Assembly: GCA_963785235.1 (NCBI GenBank)
Contig: CAWAUM010000001.1
Coordinates: 576,001 to 640,000, forward strand
Direction of reading: 5' to 3'
DNA length: 64,000 nt
From: an uncultured delta proteobacterium
GTDB lineage: Bacteria; Desulfobacterota; Desulfomonilia; UBA1062
Shown here: positions 54,145 to 64,000 of the stretch, piece after piece
How positions within the stretch are numbered: the first letter of the stretch is position 1
How the letters are laid out: every line of letters starts with the position of its first letter
Program-made: the position numbers and the translations under genes
The notes under the pieces: model-generated
The model's input: only the letters and a program-made list of their open reading frames with translations
Told to the model about the DNA's origin: nothing
Database searches by the model: none

Positions 54145-54353
54145 GAACGCATCCTTGTGAAGCCGGCGGATTCTGCAGGTCTGCTGGGATTAATGGAAAC
54201 GGTTGACTGAAGGGCTCGAGCAATTTTTTCTGCAACGATACGGGGCGACATATCTTTATCAGGATTGAAGACATCACTTCTTTGCTGTCCCCACCCCGGA
54301 TCCAGGAGTTCGGTCCTGATAACATCAAGAATATCTAACAGGTCTACGCTCAT
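54141..54353 (-). CDS. Small hypothetical protein coupled to the sigma gene
   Basis: 70 aa ORF whose stop overlaps the sigma start (ATGA); first ORF after cassette copy 6. Confidence 0.5.
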   Translation of the reverse strand: MSVDLLDILDVIRTELLDPGWGQQRSDVFNPDKDMSPRIVAEKIARALQSTVSINPSRPAESAGFTRMRS

Positions 54354-54439
54354 TTTTTTTGTATAACCTTATCCCTTTTTATTGGTGCTCACGGTGTCAA
54401 AAATAACTACTCGATAGTCATCATGACAGCTACTGTAAT

Positions 54440-54588
54440 AGCAAAGGGCCTGCCACTAGCCGAAGGAAGATCCGAAATCGGAATCGATCATTGATAACAT
54501 GTGGTTAGATAAAGCGGATAGGGAGCCAGTAAGGTGTGAAATGATTCATTCAGCCTCAATATTTGGTGGTACCTCAACATGTGGAGGG
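54440..54588 (-). promoter_or_regulatory. sigma54 promoter cassette copy 6
   Basis: GTGGCAGGCCCTTTGCT; boxes CCTCAATATTTGGTGG and CCTCAACATGTGGAGG. Confidence 0.83.
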
Positions 54589-54820
54589 ATTCTTTGAAGG
54601 GAGATGGGTATTCTCATCCGGGTTTTTTGTCTCCGACCGGACTACATCAAGCCGGCAAGAATGCCGAACCACATGAGAGTGGAGTACCACGGTATGGATT
54701 CAAATAAAAACATAGTAAGGAACCCCCTGTTTCCCGGTTTAACAAAGGGCCCAAGAGCGCTACGCATGGCGCTTCGCTCCTGGGCCACTTCGTCCGTCAG
54801 ATATGATTCTCTTTCCCAGC

Positions 54821-55744
54821 CTACTGCATGGGTGTTTGCGCGTCGCGTTGGATGATGATTTCGACGCGACGATTGTTGGCGCGACCCTCGGGGCTGGCGT
54901 TATCAGCAATTGGGGTTCCCTCGCCAAGCCCATGGGCCTTGATACGATCGGCCTGGTAGCCTCGCTCCACGAGATAGTTTCGAACTGCGTCTGCCCGGCG
55001 CTGCGACAGGTCGAGGTTGTAGCTGTCAGAGCCCTGTGAGTCGGTGTGTCCCTCGATGATGAGGTTGCGCTCACGGGTTGTGAGCAGTACATCGCTCACT
55101 TGGTCGAGTCGCGACCGCGCCGAGGGCAACAAGGTCGACTTGCCGGATGCGAAAAGCACACTCCCGGATAGGGTGATGATTATTCCGCGCGGGTCCTCCT
55201 TGACCGCGGCCAGCTTAGCCAGGGCTTCAGCCATTCGTTGCTCGGCATCGTTCTGCGCCGCCAGCGCTTCAGCCGCTCGTTGCTCGGCATCGGTCCGCGC
55301 CTTTTGCTCGTCGGAAAGCTGCTCTGCCGTCTTTTCGCCGCTGAGCTCAGAGGCCGCAAGCGCCGTCTGTGTATCGCTCAGGTCCTGCTTCGTCTTTGTA
55401 ACAATCTTGCCCTGCGTCGTTTGATAATCTTTACTCGATTGAGTCTGGCTCTTTTTCTCCATAGCGATGGAGGCCGTTGCTTCAGCTAACTCTGCCTTGC
55501 GCTGGGCGACATAGGCGAGGTCTCGCGTATGATACGAGTCGGGATTCTTCTGGAAGGATTGTTCCGCCTTGTCGAGCGCTTGTTTCGCCACATGCAACTC
55601 CGCAGGAGCGGCCTGGGCCGCAACGCCAGTGCTTGCGCGCTGGTATGCTCCGCGGGCGTTGACGAGCTCCTTCGGGGCGGTGGACGCACAGCCGGCGAAG
55701 AGCGTGACGACCGTGATGAGGATCAGATATTGTATCGTTTTCAT
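54821..55744 (-). CDS. DUF4398-OmpA family lipoprotein
   Basis: Lipobox FAGC, coiled coil, VLFASGKS, IEGHTDSQG, LSQRRA, NRRVEI. Confidence 0.9.
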   Translation of the reverse strand: MKTIQYLILITVVTLFAGCASTAPKELVNARGAYQRASTGVAAQAAPAELHVAKQALDKAEQSFQKNPDSYHTRDLAYVAQRKAELAEATASIAMEKKSQTQSSKDYQTTQGKIVTKTKQDLSDTQTALAASELSGEKTAEQLSDEQKARTDAEQRAAEALAAQNDAEQRMAEALAKLAAVKEDPRGIIITLSGSVLFASGKSTLLPSARSRLDQVSDVLLTTRERNLIIEGHTDSQGSDSYNLDLSQRRADAVRNYLVERGYQADRIKAHGLGEGTPIADNASPEGRANNRRVEIIIQRDAQTPMQ

Positions 55745-55764
55745 ATAATGCTCCTTTCTTTGGG

Positions 55765-56130
55765 TCATGGGTTGTCTTGCCGGAGTTTGCGCACACGCTC
55801 CAATGCTGCCCGGGCCTCCGATTTTTCGGCATCCTCGTGGGAGAGTGCGACAGCCAGCTCGGCATCGGCTTCGGACCGCAACAGCATAGACGCGGCCTCA
55901 TCCTTCTCGCCTTTCGCAGACAGCTTCTGGGCGAGTTCCAGTTCTTCTTTTGCCATTTGCAGATGAAGCGAGGCTTGCGGTACCTTGGCCGCCCCGACCT
56001 CCTCTGCGGCACGGATCCCCGACGTAGAAGCCTCGGAGCGCAGCGGGGCGTTTGCGCATCCCGCAGTGATGAGAGTGGCCATGACGGCCATGGAGAACAT
56101 CATAATTACGATCTTGGATAGGTGTCTCAT
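55765..56130 (-). CDS. DUF4398-like lipoprotein
   Basis: TAGC lipobox, IRAAEEVGA...A..HLQ.A.EEL...RSEADAELA. Confidence 0.8.
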   Translation of the reverse strand: MRHLSKIVIMMFSMAVMATLITAGCANAPLRSEASTSGIRAAEEVGAAKVPQASLHLQMAKEELELAQKLSAKGEKDEAASMLLRSEADAELAVALSHEDAEKSEARAALERVRKLRQDNP

Positions 56131-56263
56131 TGAATCCTCCTTTAGCTACTGATTTTCACTCATCCGAATTCAGTTGTTACGGATTGAGTCGATAGTGACG
56201 TATTCAAAAAGATGTTCCTTTGTTAGACGAATTCATTTTGAGTTCTCGTGCACGATAAGCACT

Positions 56264-56416
56264 TCATATCCGCCCCAGCAGCAGCAGAATGATCAAAATC
56301 AGAACAATCAATCCGAGTCCTCCGCTGGGATAGTATCCCCAGCTCTTACTGTGAGGCCAGGTTGGCAGTGCTCCGACCAAGATGAGAATCAAAATGACGA
56401 TCAGTATCGTACCCAT
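56264..56416 (-). CDS. DUF3309 family small membrane protein (not in ORF track)
   Basis: AGGAG RBS; MGTILIVILILILVGALPTWPHSKSWGYYPSGGLGLIVLILIILLLLGRI*. Confidence 0.9.
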   Translation of the reverse strand: MGTILIVILILILVGALPTWPHSKSWGYYPSGGLGLIVLILIILLLLGRI

Positions 56417-56495
56417 GTTTTTCTCCTTTTATAGCGTGAGCTATTGACCTTACCTCTGCCCTTCAACCTTCAAGTTGATTTTTAACAAGTTTAAG

Positions 56496-56644
56496 AGCAA
56501 ATGGCCTGCCAATAGCCAAAGAAGATCAGATAAATGCAATCAGTCATTAATAACTGATGGTTAGATGAAAAGGAGAGGGTGGTATAACGTGTACAAATGA
56601 TCCGTTGGGCCTCCGTATTTGGTGGAGCCTCAACATATTGAGGG
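56496..56644 (-). promoter_or_regulatory. sigma54 promoter cassette copy 7 (directly after the activator stop)
   Basis: TTGGCAGGCCATTTGCT; boxes CCTCCGTATTTGGTGG and CCTCAACATATTGAGG. Confidence 0.85.
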
Positions 56645-56668
56645 ATACTTGGTTGAAAGGTAGACAGC

Positions 56669-58649
<1,981 letters not shown>

Positions 58650-58659
58650 GTTTTCGCAC

Positions 58660-59004
58660 TCATGAATTCCTGGGTTTCAGATCGATGCCTACAAGAAACT
58701 TTTCCGTATCCGACATGTCGCCGATGAGCCTCCGCAGGGGCAGGGGGAGTTTCTTGATGAGCGTTGGGGCGGCAACAATCTGCTCTCCCTTGGCAAGATT
58801 GGGCTGCTGGTAGATGTCTATCACCTCGAGTTCGTAGCTCCCGGCCAGGTGTTTATCACAGAGTTTCTGGACATTGGCGATCGCCTGGGTCGACTTTGGG
58901 GTCATACCGGTAACATACAGCCGGAGAATGTACTTTGACGGGTCTCTCTTGGTTGCCGCTTTTTCGAATTCCGCAGTGCTCGTTTTCACTCTTTTCATAT
59001 CCAT
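58660..59004 (-). CDS. kaiB: KaiB family protein
   Basis: [42 protein letters not shown]. Confidence 0.93.
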   Translation of the reverse strand: MDMKRVKTSTAEFEKAATKRDPSKYILRLYVTGMTPKSTQAIANVQKLCDKHLAGSYELEVIDIYQQPNLAKGEQIVAAPTLIKKLPLPLRRLIGDMSDTEKFLVGIDLKPRNS

Positions 59005-59039
59005 CTCTGGTTCACCTTAAATTGATTCTTTATCATCCG

Positions 59040-59366
59040 TCAGACAGGACGAATGTCGAGTCCCACCAGCACACGTTCTGTGTTGGCCAGATCACCGATA
59101 ATCTTTTTAATCGGTTCAGGAAGCTTCCTCACCAGTGTCGGTATGGCAATAATCTGGTCCCCTTTAGCAAGCTGGGGGTTCTTTAAAAGGTCTATCACCT
59201 CAATGCGGTATTTCCCGGCGAGGTGCTCTTCGCAGATCTTCTTTAAATTAGCAAAGGCCGTTATGGATTTCTGGGTCTGACCGGCTACATATAACCGGAG
59301 GTTCCAGATTTCATCCGTAGCAGCGGTCTTTGATTTCTTCCCTTTTTCTGGTGAGACAGTTTTCAC
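59040..59366 (-). CDS. kaiB: KaiB family protein
   Basis: [43 protein letters not shown]. Confidence 0.94.
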   Translation of the reverse strand: MKTVSPEKGKKSKTAATDEIWNLRLYVAGQTQKSITAFANLKKICEEHLAGKYRIEVIDLLKNPQLAKGDQIIAIPTLVRKLPEPIKKIIGDLANTERVLVGLDIRPV

Positions 59367-59367
59367 C

Positions 59368-61116
59368 TTACTCTCCTTTCCCTCTTTTTTTTGAACGCGA
59401 CGCCTGGGGAGCTGAAGGTTTCCCCTTGCGAAGATGCGCCATTTCCAAGCGGTCTTTTGCCAGGACAGCCTGTCTTATCCTTTCTTCTTCGGCCATCAGA
59501 TGCACCTCTTGGGTTTCCACATCGAATTCGGCACGCAGCGCTGCTATCTTTGTATCAAGGGCTTTTCTCTTGCGCTCCTGCTCGCGGAGCCTGCGATCCG
59601 CCTCACGCCGGCTTGCCAGCTCAGAGGCCCTTTCTCCGGCTTCCTGGGCCGCCCGGGCACTGCCCGTTAATACCTCGCCGGAACCGGTATAGATGTCGAT
59701 GAGGTCAATTCCCTGGTTCGTGAGCAGGAACTCTTGAATCTGGTTGGAGTGGGCCATGCCGCGGGACTTCAGAATGTACAGGCCCCGGTTGCGTTCCCCG
59801 TTGAGCTCGATATCCCGCAGGAGAAGCCACGTATCGATCAGAGAAGATACCTCTTCGCTTGTGTGTTCAAGGCTGCCTCCAAAATGGGTGAGGTCCGTAA
59901 GGAAAGTGGAGATCTTTTTCATCTTCAAATGGTCGATCAGGCGCGTTAATATGGATTTGACCTCTGATGTTGTTCCCGCGGCGCTCAGGTTGCTGATGGG
60001 GTCTATAATGAAAACCTGGGGATTGAAATCATCGATCACCTTGTGGAAGGTGAGAAGATGCATCTCAAGGCCGTAAAGGGTAGGCCTTGTCGAATGAAAC
60101 TTGAGAAGCCCCTTCTTTACCCACCGGGAGAGATCCAGGCCGATGGAGCCCATGTTCCGGATGATCTGGCTGGGGGATTCCTCGAAGGCGCAATACAGGC
60201 ATCGCTCACCCCGCCTGCAGGCGGCTTCGGCAAAGGTGGCAGACAAACTTGATTTGCCTGTGCCCGCCGTACCTGAGACGAGGATGGTGGTGCCCCGGTA
60301 GAAACCCTTCCCATCGAGCATTGCATCCAGCTTGGGGACGCCTGTGGCGATGCGCTCTCTGGAAACGGGGTAGTCGAGTCCCAGCGAGGTGATGGGCAGG
60401 ATGGAGAAGCCGCTCTCGTCTATCAGGAAAGGATACTCGTCGGCGCCGTGAGATGAGCCGCGGTACTTGACAATACGCAGACGGCGGGTGGAAATTTGCT
60501 CCTCGATGCGGAAGTCCAGAAGGATAACGCAATCAGCCACGTATTCTTCGAGCCCGTAGCGCGTCAGCATCTTGTCGCCGCTTTCCCCCGTAACGATGGC
60601 CGTCACACCGCGGTCTTTCAGCCAGTGGAAAAGCCGGCGAAGCTCTGCCCGAATGATTGCGGCATTAGAAAGCCCGGAGAAAAGTGCTTCTATGGTATCC
60701 AGGACAACCCGCTTGGCCTTGATGGAATCAATGGCACTGCCCAGGCGGATGAACAATCCTTCCAGGTCGTACTCGCCCGTCTCCTCAATCTCGGATCGTT
60801 CGATGTAGACGTGGTCCATAGTAATGAGTCCCTGCGATATCATGTCATTGACATCAAAACCCAGCGAGATGAAATTCTTCGCAAGATCCTCGGGCGTCTC
60901 CTCGAAGGTCATGAAGACGCCTGGCTCTCCATAATCCATGGCGCCCCGCATGAGAAACTCCATGGCGAAAAGTGTTTTGCCGCAACCCGCACTGCCGCAG
61001 ATCAGGGTTGGCCTGCCTTTGGGAAGCCCTCCCTTGGTGATCTCATCGAGACCCTTGATGCCTGTCGGGCATTTTTCAAGAACCTCAACTGCATGTTTTA
61101 CCTTAACCATCTTCAT
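59368..61116 (-). CDS. kaiC: Double-domain KaiC with C-terminal coiled-coil tail
   Basis: Two P-loops ([16 protein letters not shown]), FEE pairs, KYRG/KSRG fingers, EVSSLIDTW phosphosite region, long charged tail. Confidence 0.96.
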   Translation of the reverse strand: MKMVKVKHAVEVLEKCPTGIKGLDEITKGGLPKGRPTLICGSAGCGKTLFAMEFLMRGAMDYGEPGVFMTFEETPEDLAKNFISLGFDVNDMISQGLITMDHVYIERSEIEETGEYDLEGLFIRLGSAIDSIKAKRVVLDTIEALFSGLSNAAIIRAELRRLFHWLKDRGVTAIVTGESGDKMLTRYGLEEYVADCVILLDFRIEEQISTRRLRIVKYRGSSHGADEYPFLIDESGFSILPITSLGLDYPVSRERIATGVPKLDAMLDGKGFYRGTTILVSGTAGTGKSSLSATFAEAACRRGERCLYCAFEESPSQIIRNMGSIGLDLSRWVKKGLLKFHSTRPTLYGLEMHLLTFHKVIDDFNPQVFIIDPISNLSAAGTTSEVKSILTRLIDHLKMKKISTFLTDLTHFGGSLEHTSEEVSSLIDTWLLLRDIELNGERNRGLYILKSRGMAHSNQIQEFLLTNQGIDLIDIYTGSGEVLTGSARAAQEAGERASELASRREADRRLREQERKRKALDTKIAALRAEFDVETQEVHLMAEEERIRQAVLAKDRLEMAHLRKGKPSAPQASRSKKRGKGE

Positions 61117-61455
61117 CTCCTGGCATTATTACTAAGAATGTTATTATAGCAAAAAGCCATTTTCTGGCAATAAAAATAATTCAGTAATATCAGAGTGATA
61201 TTTCCCTGCATCAAAGATAAATCTTCCCTCGGTCTCTTCAAGGATCCACCTGGAAGGTTTCATATGATCACTATCGTATCCGTGCAATGAACCACCTCCA
61301 CAAGCCGGCATGCATAAGACTGCTCAGGGTCGTTATAAAAGCAAACATGACGAGAAATAGTGCAAGCCATTTCAGGTTCAGGAGAGAAATGCTTTGAAGG
61401 TCAAATTTCACCGTCTACTCCTTTGGGGTAAATATATATGCATAAGGTGACAGAG

Positions 61456-61773
61456 CTATTTTACAATAAGGTCGTTTTTTACCGATTTCACGCCCTCAAT
61501 GCCTCCGGCAATCTCTCCTGCCTTTCTCACACTGCTTTCGGAATCAACAGAACCGCTTAGATGGACCACCCCTTGATACGTCTTGACATCGATCTGGAGA
61601 GATTTCAATGTTGGCTCATATAAGATTTCGGTTTTTATCTTGGTTGTTATAATCGAGTCATTGAAATACTGGCCCGTGCTTTCGTGTTCTTTTGTGGCGG
61701 CGCAACCTCCTGAAAAAGCGGTCATCATCCCGATGCAGACCAGAAATATCACTAAACCATCTCGATATCCCAT
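61456..61773 (-). CDS. BON domain lipoprotein
   Basis: SGGC lipobox, STGQYFNDSIITTKIK, GVVHLSGSV, GVKSVKNDL. Confidence 0.88.
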   Translation of the reverse strand: MGYRDGLVIFLVCIGMMTAFSGGCAATKEHESTGQYFNDSIITTKIKTEILYEPTLKSLQIDVKTYQGVVHLSGSVDSESSVRKAGEIAGGIEGVKSVKNDLIVK

Positions 61774-62012
61774 GAAGACATCTCCTTTGCCGTCTAGAAC
61801 TACACCAGGAATTTCATGGAGTCCTTGTTTTTGGCACCATATATATAATAATCATCAGATTTTCCCAGACAAGGGTGCATGATTACAATGAAAACATGGA
61901 GTCGGTACTTGTCAAATACCAACGCTGTTACTACTAAGCGTATCTGATGGATAGATGGTTAAGCTCAATTTATAGACATAGCCGGCAGAGTTTGCGGAAA
62001 GGAGATCGGATC

Positions 62013-62720
62013 ATGAGATCAAAAACCATATGGTTCCCAGACAGGGCCATTCTCACCATATTGTCCGGTTTCTTCGTGTTACTGATAACCGCTTCTCCGC
62101 CTTCCTTTGCAGCTACATCGGCCAGCACGGAAGCATCCGAGGGAGATAAAGACATTCGTTCTTTCCGTGTTTCCATAGGCGAATATTATCATGTCCCGCA
62201 AAGAGAGGTTGCTGCCATTCAAGAAAGGGGAATTAGTGAAGAAGAGTTGCCTGTGGTATTCTTCATTGCCCAAAGGGCGCATGTGAAGCCCAAGGCTGTT
62301 GTGGCACTGCGCTTGAGAGGCATGAAATGGATGGACATAACCCTTCAATACGGTTTGAGCCCTGATATATACTATGTCCCGCTCAGGAAGTCACCTCCCT
62401 ATGGGCATGCCTATCGCTATTACATCAAACATCCGAAAGGCAACTGGAAAAGAGGGGCCCTCAGAGATGCGGATATCGTGAATCAGGTAAACCTGAAGTT
62501 CATATCAGAGCATCACAGATATGCCCCTGAAAAGGTTATGAAGTACCGGGCTCAGGGAAAAAGCTTTGTTGTCATTGACCGAGACACCAGACAGGGGAAA
62601 CAGGGAAAGACCCGGTACCAGGCCCAGCAGGCAAACAAGCCCGGCGATTATAAGAGCAATGATAAAAACCGCAAAGATAACACCCTTCAAGAAAAAGGCC
62701 CAGGCAAGGGGAATGGGTAA
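62013..62720 (+). CDS. Exported hypothetical protein
   Basis: AAGGAG RBS, signal-like N-terminus, PPYGHAY motif, basic low-complexity tail. Confidence 0.7.
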   Translation: MRSKTIWFPDRAILTILSGFFVLLITASPPSFAATSASTEASEGDKDIRSFRVSIGEYYHVPQREVAAIQERGISEEELPVVFFIAQRAHVKPKAVVALRLRGMKWMDITLQYGLSPDIYYVPLRKSPPYGHAYRYYIKHPKGNWKRGALRDADIVNQVNLKFISEHHRYAPEKVMKYRAQGKSFVVIDRDTRQGKQGKTRYQAQQANKPGDYKSNDKNRKDNTLQEKGPGKGNG

Positions 62721-62862
62721 AAAGGGTGAAGATAATTAAAAATCGAGAAGAGCCTCCCTTGCACGGAACAGGTTTTTTTCGGTTCTTAAAAGTATAATCC
62801 GGGGTAAAGACAATGCCCGGTTTGTCTCCATGACCAGGGGAGACACGGAACCATGAAGCCGT

Positions 62863-63980
62863 TCACTTTTCTTTAACGCCCCAGAAGATCGCCTCGATGC
62901 CGCATGTCAGGATGATGGTCTTTTTCCAGTTGTCCCCCAGGGACCATTGCAACTCGGGTTCAACATAGTAATAAATCCAGCGTGCCCTGAGCTGGTTTTT
63001 ATGGAGGAATTTGGCGCTGACCACGTGCCTGGACCAGGGGGCCCCCAGAATACCCAGGCGGATCGCTGCACCGCGAGCCAGGTCCTTGCCGCCCATGAGG
63101 CGGACGACGTCCGGCTCCTGGAGCAGCTCCTTTGCATAACCGAAGATCAGGCCGAAGTCCCATAACCAGCCGTGTTCACCGTTTTTATCCTTTTTATCGG
63201 AATCCATCTTATCCCTGGTCCACCTCAGGGAACTCGTGAATCTGGTATCCCACGAGTTCACCCACCTGTCCGCAATAAAGCTCGTAATCTCTCCCTCTTT
63301 ATCTTTACTGTCCCAGTAGATCTTCTGATGGGGATAATACATCCAGGAGCCTCGCTCAAACACGGTGTCCGCGGAAATACTGGCGTTCAAAGTGGGAGGG
63401 TTTTTTATCTTCACGCCCAGGGAGGTGCTGAAATATTCGTGAAAGCTCTTGGCCACACCAACCCGCAAAGACGTATCACGTTGTGGAAGGGGATTGCCGG
63501 GGAGTTCCCCGGGTCGGTGGTGGTAATGTAGATCTTGTAAAGATTCGCATCGGGCAGCCTGAAATCTGCATCGAGTTCGAAGGGCACCTCTGTGGTGAGC
63601 GAATTATCGGGTTCCAGGGTGAGAACTATGGGAAGGCCCATCAGCCACCGGGAAGGAGGGACTTCGGATGGTTCCTTCCCCTCAGGAACAAACCATCCGT
63701 TCACCCTTTCGACCTTTCGATGGAAAAAGACATAGAAATTGTCATGATATCTGTCCAGTCTTTGCCCGAAAGTTTCTTGAACGGGTTCCTCGCCGGCAGG
63801 GGCGGCAGGAACCTTGGATAAATCATCCCCTTCGGGAACACCAGGTTTTCCAAGGGTATCCACCTCAACGGGCGCAACAGGGGCGGGAGGACTTACTGGA
63901 GTGGTTATCTCCTTCTCTGGTGGGCGATCCTCGTCCTTGACCGGGCTCGTTTTTTGAGGATTATCCATCTCTTTGCTCAT
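62863..63980 (-). CDS. Hypothetical probable outer-membrane protein (frameshift near 63480)
   Basis: ORFs 63411..63980 and 62863..63468 join; Pro-rich N-terminus, amphipathic beta-strand-like segments, YYYVEPELQW. Confidence 0.55.
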
Positions 63981-64000
63981 ATCTGTATCACACAGGCCAG

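Noticed and set aside
45081-56644. The seven repeats as a CRISPR array or integron attC array
   Set aside because: Repeats are about 150 bp and divergent, separated by 1-3 kb multi-gene blocks; no cas or integrase gene and no attC-type end pairing were seen, while the sigma54 promoter anatomy explains the conserved positions.
59040-61116. A canonical cyanobacterial-type circadian clock
   Set aside because: No kaiA in the window and the KaiC has KaiA-independent features; self-sustained oscillation cannot be inferred from sequence.
61146-61172. AGCAAAAAGCCA upstream of kaiC as an eighth cassette copy
   Set aside because: No GG at the -24 position and no CCTCAA/TTGAGG boxes at the expected distance.

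Overview
Chromosomal window from an anaerobic deltaproteobacterium-like (Desulfobacterota-type) genome. Many single-base frameshifts, even in essential atp genes, suggest an unpolished long-read assembly. Left part (1-25 kb): end of the F1 ATP synthase operon (atpAGDC), tRNA-Arg(ACG), a low-GC toxin-antitoxin-like pair, a sigma54-driven operon of three tiny membrane proteins, two-component genes, three acyl-CoA ligases, hisF, an acyl-CoA dehydrogenase and glycosyltransferases. Middle (25-36 kb): a mercury-methylation operon (Cys-rich MarR-hgcA-hgcB), metY-cysK and a Cus-type heavy-metal RND efflux operon. Right part (36-62 kb) is the most striking: a kaiC-kaiB-kaiB operon (no kaiA) ends in a PAS-containing sigma54 enhancer-binding protein, and downstream lie seven co-oriented copies of a ~150-bp cassette (two tandem CCTCAA-N4-TTGAGG-type boxes, an IHF-like site and a sigma54 -24/-12 promoter). 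Each copy heads a block of stress/envelope genes (BON, DUF3185, lmo0937, DUF3309, OmpA/DUF4398, Mla transporter, PilZ, two sigma32-like factors). Two copies still carry decayed pieces of the activator gene's 3' end, implying the promoter unit spread by duplication from the activator locus. This is a candidate Kai-coupled sigma54 regulon built from duplicated promoter cassettes.
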